37,452 nucleotides of DNA. It comes from a virus. Lineage: Duplodnaviria; Caudoviricetes. The translations under genes were made by a program, and so were the position numbers. The stretch covers positions 1-37,452 of the IMG/VR virus record IMGVR_UViG_3300013093_000119; one strand, 5' to 3'. Under the pieces are notes generated by a model. It ran no database searches and had not been told where the DNA came from. It saw nothing but the letters and a program-made list of their open reading frames with translations. Below, piece by piece: positions 14,801 to 25,074 of the stretch; within the stretch, counting starts at the first letter, position 1, and every line of letters begins with the position of its first letter.

Positions 14801-16673
14801 TTTGCGGACTTGAATGATTAATTGTTATATAATCACCAGGCTGGAATGTGCTTAAAAATGTTGTAGGACCACTAACACCAGTTACAACATTATTAGATGC
14901 TGATACTGCAACGTTACCTGTTAAGTTCGCTGTTTTTGCAGTTTGTGTAGCTAAAATGTGGAAGTCATTTTCCTGTGATGCTGATAACAGACCAAGATAT
15001 GGGAATGACTCCACGCCCGCACCCGCACCAGACGAGCTAACGTTTGCCGTAGCTATACCCGATGTAGAAAATGTTGTGGTTGTCTTTGTTCTATATAAGA
15101 ATGACTGATTTACAAACGAATTAGTGACAATAGCTTTCTGTCCAAATGGATAGATTAAACCATTATTTTGTGGTGATTGAATTACTGCAGTATTTGCTCC
15201 AGTAGTTGCATTATATTGCAATACTACGTCTGCGATTCCAACTGGTGATGAGCTGTTATATACAATATTTCTAACATCTTCAAATCTAAAACCACCATTC
15301 ATTACAATATTAAAGATGTATAATTCGTATTGTGCAGATGGTGTTCCAGGAGTTCCTATTCCACTATATGCAAATCCCTTAACATATGCAGTTCCTATCT
15401 TATTGCTAGAAGATGGAGCTGTTCCAAGTAAGTGGCCAGTTGTAACAGCATTTAGAGCTGTGTTATATAGATCTACTTGTACAATAGAACCAGAACTTCC
15501 AAATTCACCGGCTACATCACTTACGAGTACATAATATCCAAAGTTAAGTGATACTTTTTGCTGGGATACTGATTTATAATCTGTAGCTTTTCTTAAGTTT
15601 ACAATATTATTATTGAGATATTGTACTCTATAACCTTCTACATAACCGAGGCCTTGGCTAACTACTAGATTAACATTATTTGAGTATAATGGATCTGATG
15701 TATTAGCTTTATTTGATGTGTTCAATATAAATGGATTAATAACAAAGTCACCATTTGTCTCGTATGTTCTACGGGCCATCTCAGCGCCAATTGCAGCATA
15801 TTGTGCATTTTGTCTTAGTGTGACAACCGCACCATTCTTAAAGTCTGCAATTGAGAAGAATGAATTGTTGTTTGCAATGTCAGGGGTTGATCTTGTAACA
15901 AGAGTAGGATATATCTTAAGACGATCTGCTCCTGGAGCAAGATAGTTTGGAGAACCTGCTGCATTGTCATAGAGAGAATTATTAGCTACAGCATTGTCGA
16001 TAGTCTCAACAGCATCAAAACCTACAGATACTTGATCTGGAACGTTAGTGTATGGAGTAACAATAATAGTCTGTGGGGTAACATATAAGAATGTACCCTT
16101 CTTGAAGATAACACCCTCAGTTGTAGTCATAGAATAACCATATCCAGTTGGATTAGTTACACTATTTGCTACAGTAACATTACCTATTGCAATATTAGCC
16201 GAGCTTGTTATGACAAGAGTATCATTAGCATCAAATTTTTGTTGTACATTACCATTTGCATATGTTACACTATTAAGATACTTAATATAAAGAGTATTAG
16301 TATTTCCAGTAGCATAGTCAGAAAGATGTCCGCTGATAGTATCAGCGATAAATGCCTTTAGGCCGTTATTGTTATAAACATATTGATTGTTAAAGTCTGA
16401 GATAGTAAATGCAAAGTTATTTGAGTAGTTGTCACTAATCTTGACATAGTCTTTCTTATTGTCAAAACTAAATGTGCAGCCTTCAATAACAGATCCTTCT
16501 TGATAAATGCTCTTTCCAAACTTATTGATCTGCTCCTGAAGCATAGATTGAATCTGATTAAGCTCACGCGTCTGAACGGAGCTACCTGGCTTCCAGAGAA
16601 CTCTATAATAGCTCGACTTTGGATTAAAATCGTCAAAATATGGCGAGCGGGATAGATCGGTTTGAAGTGTCAT
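11841..16673 (-). CDS. DUF4815/VrlC-like baseplate structural protein, N-terminal part, with an extra Cys-rich hydrophobic C-terminal domain (1610 aa)
   Basis: SPYFDDF...YYRVLWKPG..VQTRELNQIQS, APGADRLKI, ARRTYETNGDF, DLRDSIDFRP, KRYTMQDI..IEKRI..IEYYTSLSLLE motifs. Confidence 0.85.
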   Translation of the reverse strand: MTLQTDLSRSPYFDDFNPKSSYYRVLWKPGSSVQTRELNQIQSMLQEQINKFGKSIYQEGSVIEGCTFSFDNKKDYVKISDNYSNNFAFTISDFNNQYVYNNNGLKAFIADTISGHLSDYATGNTNTLYIKYLNSVTYANGNVQQKFDANDTLVITSSANIAIGNVTVANSVTNPTGYGYSMTTTEGVIFKKGTFLYVTPQTIIVTPYTNVPDQVSVGFDAVETIDNAVANNSLYDNAAGSPNYLAPGADRLKIYPTLVTRSTPDIANNNSFFSIADFKNGAVVTLRQNAQYAAIGAEMARRTYETNGDFVINPFILNTSNKANTSDPLYSNNVNLVVSQGLGYVEGYRVQYLNNNIVNLRKATDYKSVSQQKVSLNFGYYVLVSDVAGEFGSSGSIVQVDLYNTALNAVTTGHLLGTAPSSSNKIGTAYVKGFAYSGIGTPGTPSAQYELYIFNIVMNGGFRFEDVRNIVYNSSSPVGIADVVLQYNATTGANTAVIQSPQNNGLIYPFGQKAIVTNSFVNQSFLYRTKTTTTFSTSGIATANVSSSGAGAGVESFPYLGLLSASQENDFHILATQTAKTANLTGNVAVSASNNVVTGVSGPTTFLSTFQPGDYITINHSSPQTVQIVSIANNISMTVTPAIAATNTGTTFTKTIPAGSVIPFSNRSARTINVSGQQAILTIGDMTPKGSFSADVFFSVNRSTASNTSPSISIKKVINRDVYVKIDCSNNVGGVSGPWSLGVPDVVSIDGIYIGTNHTYSNSGTNYSSYFTLDNGQRDAHYDLAKISINTSTAGGILSNTSTILVKMTTYTYNTSQGVGFFTGDSYPVDDVNGAANTSAIVTAQIPVYTNSKGNVFDLRDSIDFRPFATNTAVANATTVSAATVNPSSTLTFSSTPYLPTPDSLFQTDLSYYMKRIDRVMMNTAGSVVVAEGIPDAVNPVAPLERAGMMTLGFVSIPPYPSLATTDAKTYNRYDYAITSTLLQNKRYTMQDIKKIEKRIDNIEYYTSLSLLEQSAASLQTRSATTGQNRFQNGIYVESFKDFSRSNTLDPKYYIGLDTASGEARPAHSQFKSNFEFNSQLSTGVVKHGELVMLSHTSNNVYISQGYASRYRPCVEGNIYTYNGIITLTPSGTDSPDTTVSPDIVNNLDLAQNFLNLQNAWGTQWGNWVAAATISSNTLINASSSTSITNADGSKDTTTDTQTLVNTQTNVSRTGTQLTNTVSDANLNLGTFVNNISILPYIKAATIRFIVSGMKPNTKLYAYFSNVPMSTHCSQYIYDVNVPNSPGVGDPRILAYFGESAGYTYGQWVRTGTGSTVYGYMLDAPKDVNNINYACTTDSNGTASGIFYIPPNTFKSEENIFMLTDISSLEQGQDAVTTTASTTFYGSKLAFSTQTSILSTRQTVLNSTEVTESATVSGLAVLDSTTLTHTVPPPVHTGDDCSCGCIICTKLYQMGLMDEQTFIADQMFGEALRATDPEVYWGYIRWAKHVVNWLSGDTPNVMIWIRDPEKRRKRELELTTKITHRIATPWAQHMQYLMGMREKDNLAGRIIMGIGKPISKLISKLPRSKPLEEENISRFTSCAMIGLFFILYSISKVFGGRFGFPKTINI

Positions 16674-16688
16674 ATTCTTCCTCTAAAC

Positions 16689-19600
16689 TTAAAAACTAAT
16701 AACGATCTTAACATCTTCTTTCGAAGTAGCATTTACCGTAAATGGTGTAATATTATTAAGATATATCACGTCCCCAGTACCCCTTACAAGATCTGGATAT
16801 ATAATTGTATTATTTAGCAGACTCTGGCCATGTGTATTGGATGTTTTTCCAACAATATATGTTACACTTGTCAAAGGACCGCTTTGGAACTTATTTCCAG
16901 ACACATTATCGAGTATTATGACGTCATAAACCTGTGTTAGGGTTGCATTTGCCCCTGAACCTGATGTAATCACATCACTAATAGTTGGTTTTCCAGATAC
17001 CCCTGATAATCTCAGATATGAACTATTTGCTATACCGGTTATGTATCCAGATACTGTGTTTATACTATTTGTAAATGTGTCACCAATAATAAATGATGTG
17101 GTATTTCCACTAATCACAACGTCAAAGTTAGTATTACCGTCTATTACATATCCACTGGCAAGTGTAGAGTCTTGTATGACCTGCTCGAATGGGATATATG
17201 CATAGTTATTGGATGTTAACGGTATTCTTACAGTCTGATTGAATTTTGTAGCAAAATTTGAGCTTGAGTCAATGAGACCGTTCGATGTGTATATACTAAC
17301 AACATTTGCAACAGCATTTGTTATAGGATCGAAGATTGTATCATTGGTTGTAAATTTACCTGAGACGTTAGATAATTTTAGTTGTGTATTACTATAAACA
17401 ATCTGTAATAGTCCAGTAGCACCCGAAGACAACTCGGTCACTATCTCAGTGTTTGTTTGTACACTGAATAAAGATACATCTGCTGTATTAACATTTGCAG
17501 TGATTCCAGAATACAGACCGATAATATTATCATTAGAAGCTGTACCATTAGAATAGTAACCGCCATTGCTAAATTCGTTCTTTACGTTTTGTAGTTCAAG
17601 ATAAGATGTATTGCTATAAACTACAACACCTGCTGCAGAAGTATTAGGCTGATATACAATCTCGCCAACAGTAAAGACTCCGGTTTGTGCGGTTAGACCT
17701 AAATGAACGCGACTAAAGCTATTTGCATCTAAATTGACAGTGACATCGTCAAACTTAGGATCTTGAATAATTCCAACTTTACCAAAACTACCTGATATAG
17801 GGAATTTCCATCCTTCGTTATAACCAGTGTCAAATGTCATGGATATTCCAACATATCTTGCACCTATCTCAGCAAGAGTATCAGATCCATGTCCTTTAAC
17901 TGGAGATATTACAGCTTTAGCTGATGCTCCATTTCCATAGAGTGTATTAGCTTGAATACTTATGTTAGCAAATGTATATCCTGTGCCTGTATTTGTAATT
18001 ACTATCTTTTCAACATTATAAGGAGACACCACAGCTCTATTGATTTGTCCCTCTATATTTCTAGAGCTAATAAAATAGTTTCCTGGATTAAAGAATCCAT
18101 TGTTGTAAGATAACAAGATATAGTTATTATTAGCAACTTGTACTGTACCTTGCGCTCCAGTATTTGTGTCTTTAATTACATCTCCAACATTAAACGTGCC
18201 ATTTGAGCTTGTGAAATAAAGCTCAGCGCTAACACCATTTACTATTTTTCCTAGTTGCGAAACAGTAGCACCGACATTATTTATATTAACAATAATATCA
18301 TCTTTTCTAAACTCATTTAGAGTTAGATTTACTATCATTGCTGTTGAATTAATTGATGTTATAATTCCAGTCGCGCCGCCAGTAGTATCAGTGATATCAT
18401 CACCGACATAAAAATTACTATTTGAACTTATTTCTGTATAGTATAATTCGACGCTGTTATTAACTACAGAGTATGCCATTGCACCTTCACCATCTCCATC
18501 TATATTAACAGTCGGAGATATTGAATATTGTGTAGACTCATTAATTGAGTTGAAATATGACACTATATTAGCTGATGCCTTTTGTGTCAAAGATATAGGG
18601 TCTCTAGAATATACTTTCTGACCAAGAGTAAAGTTACCAAGCTGGTTTCTGATAGTGATATTAGGATATCCAACAACCTGGTCAATATGAGCTCTCTGTA
18701 AAGACGATTCGCCTTTTATATAGTGATTTGTGCTATATATACTAGTTATTGTTGCATTTGAACTATTATTTGTTTGATTTATTATCTTGTCACCAACAAT
18801 AAAGTCTCCGGTAACATTATTAATTACCATAGTATTATTAGAAGATATAGTACCGACAGTAGCATTAGCTCCAGATGTATTACCTAAAAGCTGATAAGTG
18901 TTAGAGAATGTTCCAGTAGGACTTCCAATAACAACAGTGTTAGAAGCATAAGAGAATACTACACCGGTAGCTACATTTGATGTACCATTTGTCTGATAAA
19001 CAGGCTCACCTACTGTAAATATTACATTACCAGACAATGCAGATGCTGTTATAACAATCTGCGGTGTAACAGATGATACTGTTCCCACTGCAGCGACGTT
19101 CGCATCAACTATAACGTCTCCTGTATTAAATATTCCTGTATTTGAATTAAATCCTAGGGTAAGAGACGTGTTTGCAGTCTCACCTACAAATCCAGAACCG
19201 TTAATATCACTTAAAATTAATGTGTTATTATTTGAGAATGAGACAGTTCCATAAACAGCCTGACCAGTATTAGAGATATCGACCATGTCGACTTTCTCAC
19301 CAACTATAAATGGCTGACCTAGTATCGATACATTGCTATATTGTAATATTGCGCCGTTGATATTTGTATTTGTAATATAACCATTGGCACTTGTTAATAC
19401 TATCGAGTCTGGAGTAGTTGCATATGGAACTAGATAGTGAACATTAGAGATAAGTGCTGAATTAAATGGAAGATCAACTTGTATAACTGCGCTATTAACA
19501 GATTCAATAAGTCTTACGTTATTATTTGAATTAGATCCAATTTGTATGTACTGGCCGACAGAGTAATCATTTGTTAAGAATGTACCAGACACTGAATTAA

Positions 19601-20708
19601 TAAACAGTGTAGTAGTATTCATAACTGAAACAGTTCCGTTCTTTAGAACAGGAGCTTGTGTTTGATTAATTATAGGATAAGCTTGTGATTGATCGGTGAA
19701 TACTATATCTCCACTATTTCTAACTATATTAAGTGAAGTACCATTTGCTGTTACTATAGTACCATTAGCCCCGGTATCAGACTGTACTACTGTGTCTCCA
19801 GGAGCAAAATATCCAGATGAATATAGGTATGCTATAGAGTCGATATTCTGAGTAACTTGATCTCCAGGAGCCCAACTACCTGTAGCATTAGCAACATTTA
19901 AAATAGTATAGCCATCAAATGGTGTGTCTACATTTGCTATGCGATTTAACCCATCATAAGCTTTAATCTTTCTCATTTGTCCAGTACCAAAACCAGAATT
20001 TAGATAGATTGTAGATCCAACATAATAATCTTTAACGGATGAAGCGCCTCTATCTAATGATATGTTATAATCGTTAATAAGACCATTAATATAACCACTA
20101 TAGTATGTAGTATAACCAATTCCTTGATTAATTAATCTTATAGCATCGATAGATCCAGGTACAGCTAAATTGGCAACATTCGAATTTGGAATAACAGGAA
20201 TAAAGTCAGAGCTTGTAAACTTTGAATTATTTGCAGTATCTATAGTGTACATATATTTCCAGACATAGTCGTCTGCAGTCTGGAATGTACCATTAGAAGA
20301 ATTTAAAGTTGGTTTTACTGTTGAAGGAATGCCGCCACCATTGTCTATGCACTTATAGACTTCTAAATTATCAGTCATGACATAGAAATTTTTAGAATAG
20401 AGATTACCATCGTCTTGATCATAGAATGAATATACAGTTCCATTTGACCAATCATATCGTGGAGCCATATAAGATATAGAGTTGGTTGTTATCTCTTTAC
20501 CAAAGACCATATCCTTATAGAGTTGTGACTCGTGCTGGGTAACAGAGTCAGATGTCGGAAATGGCACACTTGTGTTTGCACCATACTGATCGATCCAAGA
20601 ATCTGGCTTACCAACATACATATAATATGCTTTTCTCGAGTTTAGTACGTTTTCTACAAACGAGTTAATGATATCGATATAATGGTGGATTGTTAGGACT
20701 GCGGTCAT
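16689..20708 (-). CDS. gp8: Baseplate wedge subunit gp8, expanded (1339 aa)
   Basis: PRYDWSNGTVY, FYVMTDNLEVYKCIDN, TADDYVWKYMYTI, GHGSD...EIGARYV and C-terminal GDVIYLNN...EDVKIVISF. Confidence 0.85.
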   Translation of the reverse strand: MTAVLTIHHYIDIINSFVENVLNSRKAYYMYVGKPDSWIDQYGANTSVPFPTSDSVTQHESQLYKDMVFGKEITTNSISYMAPRYDWSNGTVYSFYDQDDGNLYSKNFYVMTDNLEVYKCIDNGGGIPSTVKPTLNSSNGTFQTADDYVWKYMYTIDTANNSKFTSSDFIPVIPNSNVANLAVPGSIDAIRLINQGIGYTTYYSGYINGLINDYNISLDRGASSVKDYYVGSTIYLNSGFGTGQMRKIKAYDGLNRIANVDTPFDGYTILNVANATGSWAPGDQVTQNIDSIAYLYSSGYFAPGDTVVQSDTGANGTIVTANGTSLNIVRNSGDIVFTDQSQAYPIINQTQAPVLKNGTVSVMNTTTLFINSVSGTFLTNDYSVGQYIQIGSNSNNNVRLIESVNSAVIQVDLPFNSALISNVHYLVPYATTPDSIVLTSANGYITNTNINGAILQYSNVSILGQPFIVGEKVDMVDISNTGQAVYGTVSFSNNNTLILSDINGSGFVGETANTSLTLGFNSNTGIFNTGDVIVDANVAAVGTVSSVTPQIVITASALSGNVIFTVGEPVYQTNGTSNVATGVVFSYASNTVVIGSPTGTFSNTYQLLGNTSGANATVGTISSNNTMVINNVTGDFIVGDKIINQTNNSSNATITSIYSTNHYIKGESSLQRAHIDQVVGYPNITIRNQLGNFTLGQKVYSRDPISLTQKASANIVSYFNSINESTQYSISPTVNIDGDGEGAMAYSVVNNSVELYYTEISSNSNFYVGDDITDTTGGATGIITSINSTAMIVNLTLNEFRKDDIIVNINNVGATVSQLGKIVNGVSAELYFTSSNGTFNVGDVIKDTNTGAQGTVQVANNNYILLSYNNGFFNPGNYFISSRNIEGQINRAVVSPYNVEKIVITNTGTGYTFANISIQANTLYGNGASAKAVISPVKGHGSDTLAEIGARYVGISMTFDTGYNEGWKFPISGSFGKVGIIQDPKFDDVTVNLDANSFSRVHLGLTAQTGVFTVGEIVYQPNTSAAGVVVYSNTSYLELQNVKNEFSNGGYYSNGTASNDNIIGLYSGITANVNTADVSLFSVQTNTEIVTELSSGATGLLQIVYSNTQLKLSNVSGKFTTNDTIFDPITNAVANVVSIYTSNGLIDSSSNFATKFNQTVRIPLTSNNYAYIPFEQVIQDSTLASGYVIDGNTNFDVVISGNTTSFIIGDTFTNSINTVSGYITGIANSSYLRLSGVSGKPTISDVITSGSGANATLTQVYDVIILDNVSGNKFQSGPLTSVTYIVGKTSNTHGQSLLNNTIIYPDLVRGTGDVIYLNNITPFTVNATSKEDVKIVISF

Positions 20709-20729
20709 TTAGTTATCCATAGTTTTTTA

Positions 20730-20737
20730 TATTTATT
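20730..20737 (-). promoter_or_regulatory. Possible T4-type late promoter variant (AATAAATA) upstream of gp8
   Basis: One mismatch to TATAAATA in the gp7-gp8 intergenic gap; the AT-rich context weakens significance. Confidence 0.4.
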
Positions 20738-20744
20738 GTAAAAA

Positions 20745-22820
20745 TTAGATATTAAAGTAGACAGGTTGAGATTTCTGACCAACCACACGACTAGATACGG
20801 CAAACTTTCCAAATAATGACATACCAACAGGATGGACTAGATCCAAGACAATATTCTTATATGTATCTAGCATTCTAGGCACTGCTATCTCGTAAGAGAA
20901 GTCTTGGTAGTAATTACTATCCTGTAGATATATGGTGTCACTCAAGAATCCCTTATTATTTACGTAATATCCACGATCGATTCCGGTTGAATCTACAATA
21001 GCTATTCCAGATACAGCTACGTCATTTGTATTGCTTACTAGATAGACATATTCGTCAGGAACATAACCAGCTCCTGAGTCAGTAACTCTTACGGACGTAA
21101 CAACACCATTTGCTGTACCAGCTTTAGCTTTAACAACAGCATCATATCCCCAGAATCCGCCTCTACCGTCTTTAATACCTAGTGAATATATTAAAGGTTC
21201 CGATACAGTAACTACTGGATCAAAAGCATAACCAGTTCCAGGATTTATGTTAGTAAGATAAGCTATTCTTCCTATCTCGACGTTTCTTACTTGTAAAGCA
21301 TTATTAAGTGGTGTATCGAGATTAACTACACCTAAAGCTGCAGGAAATACACTTCCTCCAACATTCCAGTCAGTAAGACGAGTATCACTGACAACTTTAG
21401 CAGTAGTGTTACTAGTAGTACCTGTAATAGTTGCTCCTGGAATAAAATATCCAACAGGAGTAGTATCTGCATTCATGCTATACACATATAAAGATGTTGC
21501 ATTAGAAGCCGAACTATTTAATACACCATTTGCAGTTATAGTAATCTTATTATGTTTATTTAATACAGTTACAGAAGATCCCGTAATATTACTTACAAAT
21601 GTTGCTCTTGTGTGCGTGTCAGTACTATATAAATTAGGAGAATTTAAAGCTGTCTCGGATCCTGTAACATATAATAAGTTACCATCGCTTCTATAAACAA
21701 TAAGCTTATTGTTTCCAGTTATACCTATAGAAGTATTTGTTAGCGCCTCACCAGTATACACTTCACCGCTGATATAACTAACATCAAGTACTATACTATT
21801 TCCAGTACCTTTTATGTTCTCATTTGTAGCAAAAGAGCCAGATGAGTTGCTAATAACCAAGTTATAACCGACGGAGTCTTGATCCAATTTTGTATAAAGT
21901 AAAGGTGTTATCGAGTCAGGATATATCTTTAGTATTTGTTTGTCGGCTATAGCTCCTATTGAGAAAGTAGCACCGCTACCAGATCCATTAGAAGGAACTA
22001 CTGATACTGTAGCATTTATAGTATATCCAAATCCACCATCTATCAGTTCAAACGCAACTCTACCATTATTTTGAGTGACAGATGCTACAGTCGCTTGACC
22101 GTCTGATCCTGTTCCTCTAATATCTAGTATGTCACCTACATTATATCCAGCGCCACCGTTTAATATACTAATAGTTGTAAGAGACCCAAATACTTTAGGG
22201 CTATAATTATCAAACTCTATTATGCCAGGAGAATATATCTTTTCACCATAGTAAAAGTCACCCTGTATATCCGAGAGATAGAGAACATTAATCAGTTTAC
22301 CCTTTATTCTCTTAGTAGAGAAAGAATCCACTACTGCAGTAGAACCAGAAGAACTTCTGATTACCTTTCCCTCTAAAGACTTTAAATTAGGATGGTCACC
22401 AACCTCGATATGTTTTGGTCTTACCCATGTTCCAGAAGAACTAGAAAATAAGTGATCTGCTGGGATATAAACATCAATATCCTCATTAAACATCATTCTA
22501 AATAAGAACTTATATGAGTTTTTTGTTCCCTTTGAGTTATACAGGTCGACTATATGCTTAATAAGCAAGCGTTTGTCTGCTAGCACATTCTCTGGGAGTC
22601 CATTAATATACTTGTTCTTAAAATGAGTCATAAACTGAGATAAGCTATTATCCACATCGCCTATATCTAATAATTGGCGTGAGTAATTTATAACTTGTCC
22701 TTCAGTCTCCATCCATTCATAGTATGCCTTTACAAATGCTATGAAGTTAGGACCTTCCGTCTTATAAAAAGATGGAAATTGTGATTCTACAAAGGGGGAT
22801 ATGAATCTTTCTATGCTCAT
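20745..22820 (-). CDS. gp7: Baseplate wedge initiator gp7-like
   Basis: QFPSFY...FVKAYYEWME, LYNSKGT..SYKFLFRMMF, C-terminal LQDSNYYQDFSYEI...LVHPVGMSLFG; lies between gp6 and gp8. Confidence 0.8.
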   Translation of the reverse strand: MSIERFISPFVESQFPSFYKTEGPNFIAFVKAYYEWMETEGQVINYSRQLLDIGDVDNSLSQFMTHFKNKYINGLPENVLADKRLLIKHIVDLYNSKGTKNSYKFLFRMMFNEDIDVYIPADHLFSSSSGTWVRPKHIEVGDHPNLKSLEGKVIRSSSGSTAVVDSFSTKRIKGKLINVLYLSDIQGDFYYGEKIYSPGIIEFDNYSPKVFGSLTTISILNGGAGYNVGDILDIRGTGSDGQATVASVTQNNGRVAFELIDGGFGYTINATVSVVPSNGSGSGATFSIGAIADKQILKIYPDSITPLLYTKLDQDSVGYNLVISNSSGSFATNENIKGTGNSIVLDVSYISGEVYTGEALTNTSIGITGNNKLIVYRSDGNLLYVTGSETALNSPNLYSTDTHTRATFVSNITGSSVTVLNKHNKITITANGVLNSSASNATSLYVYSMNADTTPVGYFIPGATITGTTSNTTAKVVSDTRLTDWNVGGSVFPAALGVVNLDTPLNNALQVRNVEIGRIAYLTNINPGTGYAFDPVVTVSEPLIYSLGIKDGRGGFWGYDAVVKAKAGTANGVVTSVRVTDSGAGYVPDEYVYLVSNTNDVAVSGIAIVDSTGIDRGYYVNNKGFLSDTIYLQDSNYYQDFSYEIAVPRMLDTYKNIVLDLVHPVGMSLFGKFAVSSRVVGQKSQPVYFNI

Positions 22821-24643
22821 ATCTTAGCAACCAGATTAATATTAATTGTCGATGTGTCTATCTCAACAATATTATTAAAGACTCCACTTATATCGACATT
22901 TTCAGGTATGACAAAAACTTTTATACCTGGATTCTCTAAGAAACTAACAACATTTAAGTTCTGAACTGTAATTGTTCCTGTAGAATAGTCGATCGTGCCA
23001 ACCTTTTTATATGATTGATTATTATTAGCAGATATCTGCTTTAGATATATGATTGGACTTTTATTAATTGTCTTATAAGTTGTAGAAGTAGTATCTCTGA
23101 CAAAGGTATCATTATTTGGATTATAATCTGTTAATTGATACGTATTTCCATCTTCTGTTAAGAAGTTTGTACTAGTAACACTTCCTTGCTTAATAGCATT
23201 GTTAAATACGCTAGTTATTGTCTGATTTCCAATAAGTGTTGGAGTAATCTCTTTGTATAACTGGAAGTCAACGTATGATCCAACAATACTAGTATCCGAG
23301 GCATTTATATAGGATAAGAAGTCAGAGTATCTTAGTGTATTATTAAAAATCTGAAGATATTTTGTATTATATGTAGTGATAGAGTTGTTTATAATAGTCA
23401 TTATCTGTGCAGGTGACAGTGTAGTGCTATTATAGTCAACTGTAGTGTTTATAGTTGGAACTACATATACATAATCTGGATTTACTATCTCGTTCTGAAT
23501 ATTAATAATTTTCTTTGTATTCAGGAATGTTATTAAATCTTGCTGTCTCTGACTCGATAGTGTGCTTCCGGAATATGTTGTAGGAGATATAAAAACAGTT
23601 CCGTACGTAGTGCTTCCAGGAACATCCTGACCACCATAAATGTGTACATCTTTAATATCTTGGAAATTATCAATTATAAGAGTCTTATAGTCATTAACAG
23701 TGACTGCTCTATCTTGTGTCTGATATGATCTAGGTGCTCTAAATCTTATAGACTCAATACTCTCTAGGTCTGATCCATCAGTTGATCCAGAAACAGTCTC
23801 TACAGTAGCTACGGCATGACACTGATTGAATGGACCAAGATCTTGATCTAGGAAGAAAGAATTAATACCTCCACCCTCAGTACCGTTCGTTACTCTATAA
23901 GTTATATTAATAAGTGAGGCATTTTCTGGATAATGACCAAATACATTATCACCAAATGCTATTTCATATAAACTATTAGCTGCTGCCTGTAAGAAGTAAA
24001 CATTAGATGACGGTGTTAGGTCATATATCTTATCAGCTTTTGTATAATATACAGGATTTGTTCCTATATCTTTAACAACACTTACTAATATGCTGTCCGT
24101 GTCAACATTAAAATTTGACAGTAAAAATCTTTGGTTTTCTACAGTATAATCAGCATAAAAACTATCTGTAAAATATGTTCCCTCATATATTGCAACATTT
24201 GAGAATATATAGGTGTTAGATACCGAAGATACTACATAATTTGTATCAGTCGTATAGACATATGTTCCATTTGCATTATAACCAGAGAATGTAGTACCTG
24301 CAGGAATCTCAATTATTCCTGTTGAGTTATCATTTGACGTAACTGTTAAATTAACAAGGGCTCTGGGTGACTTTGAAGAGCCCGGAGTATAGTTAAGTTC
24401 CTTGGCATGACTAACTACTGAGTCACGAATCTGTGCGGTATCAAGGAAAGACTCACTAATGGCCATATTAAGATAGAAACTATTTAGATATGTGTTATAA
24501 GCTAAAACATCTAGTAAGACACTCATGTTAGAGCCATCAAAGTCATAGTCCTTGAAGTTTGTCTGGGACTTTAAGAAGGTCTTTAGGTTACCCTTGAGAG
24601 TGTCAAAGTCCAATGATGTTAGGTTTAGTGCGCTGTTGGCCAT
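22817..24643 (-). CDS. gp6: Baseplate wedge subunit gp6
   Basis: LDFDTLK...FKDYDFDGSNMSVLLDVLAYNT...ESFLDTA..RDSVVSHAKELNY; ESIESIRFRAP...QDRAVT..DY. Confidence 0.92.
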   Translation of the reverse strand: MANSALNLTSLDFDTLKGNLKTFLKSQTNFKDYDFDGSNMSVLLDVLAYNTYLNSFYLNMAISESFLDTAQIRDSVVSHAKELNYTPGSSKSPRALVNLTVTSNDNSTGIIEIPAGTTFSGYNANGTYVYTTDTNYVVSSVSNTYIFSNVAIYEGTYFTDSFYADYTVENQRFLLSNFNVDTDSILVSVVKDIGTNPVYYTKADKIYDLTPSSNVYFLQAAANSLYEIAFGDNVFGHYPENASLINITYRVTNGTEGGGINSFFLDQDLGPFNQCHAVATVETVSGSTDGSDLESIESIRFRAPRSYQTQDRAVTVNDYKTLIIDNFQDIKDVHIYGGQDVPGSTTYGTVFISPTTYSGSTLSSQRQQDLITFLNTKKIINIQNEIVNPDYVYVVPTINTTVDYNSTTLSPAQIMTIINNSITTYNTKYLQIFNNTLRYSDFLSYINASDTSIVGSYVDFQLYKEITPTLIGNQTITSVFNNAIKQGSVTSTNFLTEDGNTYQLTDYNPNNDTFVRDTTSTTYKTINKSPIIYLKQISANNNQSYKKVGTIDYSTGTITVQNLNVVSFLENPGIKVFVIPENVDISGVFNNIVEIDTSTININLVAKI

Positions 24644-25066
24644 TTATCTTACTCTTCTAAGGACTACATTTATTGAAACTGGTGTATTTGTATTTATTAG
24701 AGAAAATACGACATTTACTATAAAGCTATTGTTATCGGTGGCTGGATAAACAGTTACATCTAGTAAATTGGCTCTAGGCTCATTATAACTAATAGTCTTT
24801 ACTATACTCTCTTTGATAGAAGAAGCAGCAATCTGGTCAAGCGGCTCAAATAATGCCTTATTGACTGTAGACCCAACAAATGGTTGAAAGGGTCTCTCTC
24901 CAAGATTTGTTGATATAAGATTCATTATAGATCGTCTAACTGACGCCTCATTTGTGATCTTACCAAGTGCTCCGGTCATAGGATGCGAGTCAAAATTGAC
25001 TAAAAAGTCACTAAACTGCTCGACTTTGCCGGTTAACTGTGTGAAATTATCTGCTCTAGTTGACAT
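24644..25066 (-). CDS. gp25: Baseplate wedge subunit gp25
   Basis: NEASVRRSIMNLISTNLGERPFQP..GS....LFE...YNEPRA. Confidence 0.9.
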   Translation of the reverse strand: MSTRADNFTQLTGKVEQFSDFLVNFDSHPMTGALGKITNEASVRRSIMNLISTNLGERPFQPFVGSTVNKALFEPLDQIAASSIKESIVKTISYNEPRANLLDVTVYPATDNNSFIVNVVFSLINTNTPVSINVVLRRVR

Positions 25067-25074
25067 CTGAATTC

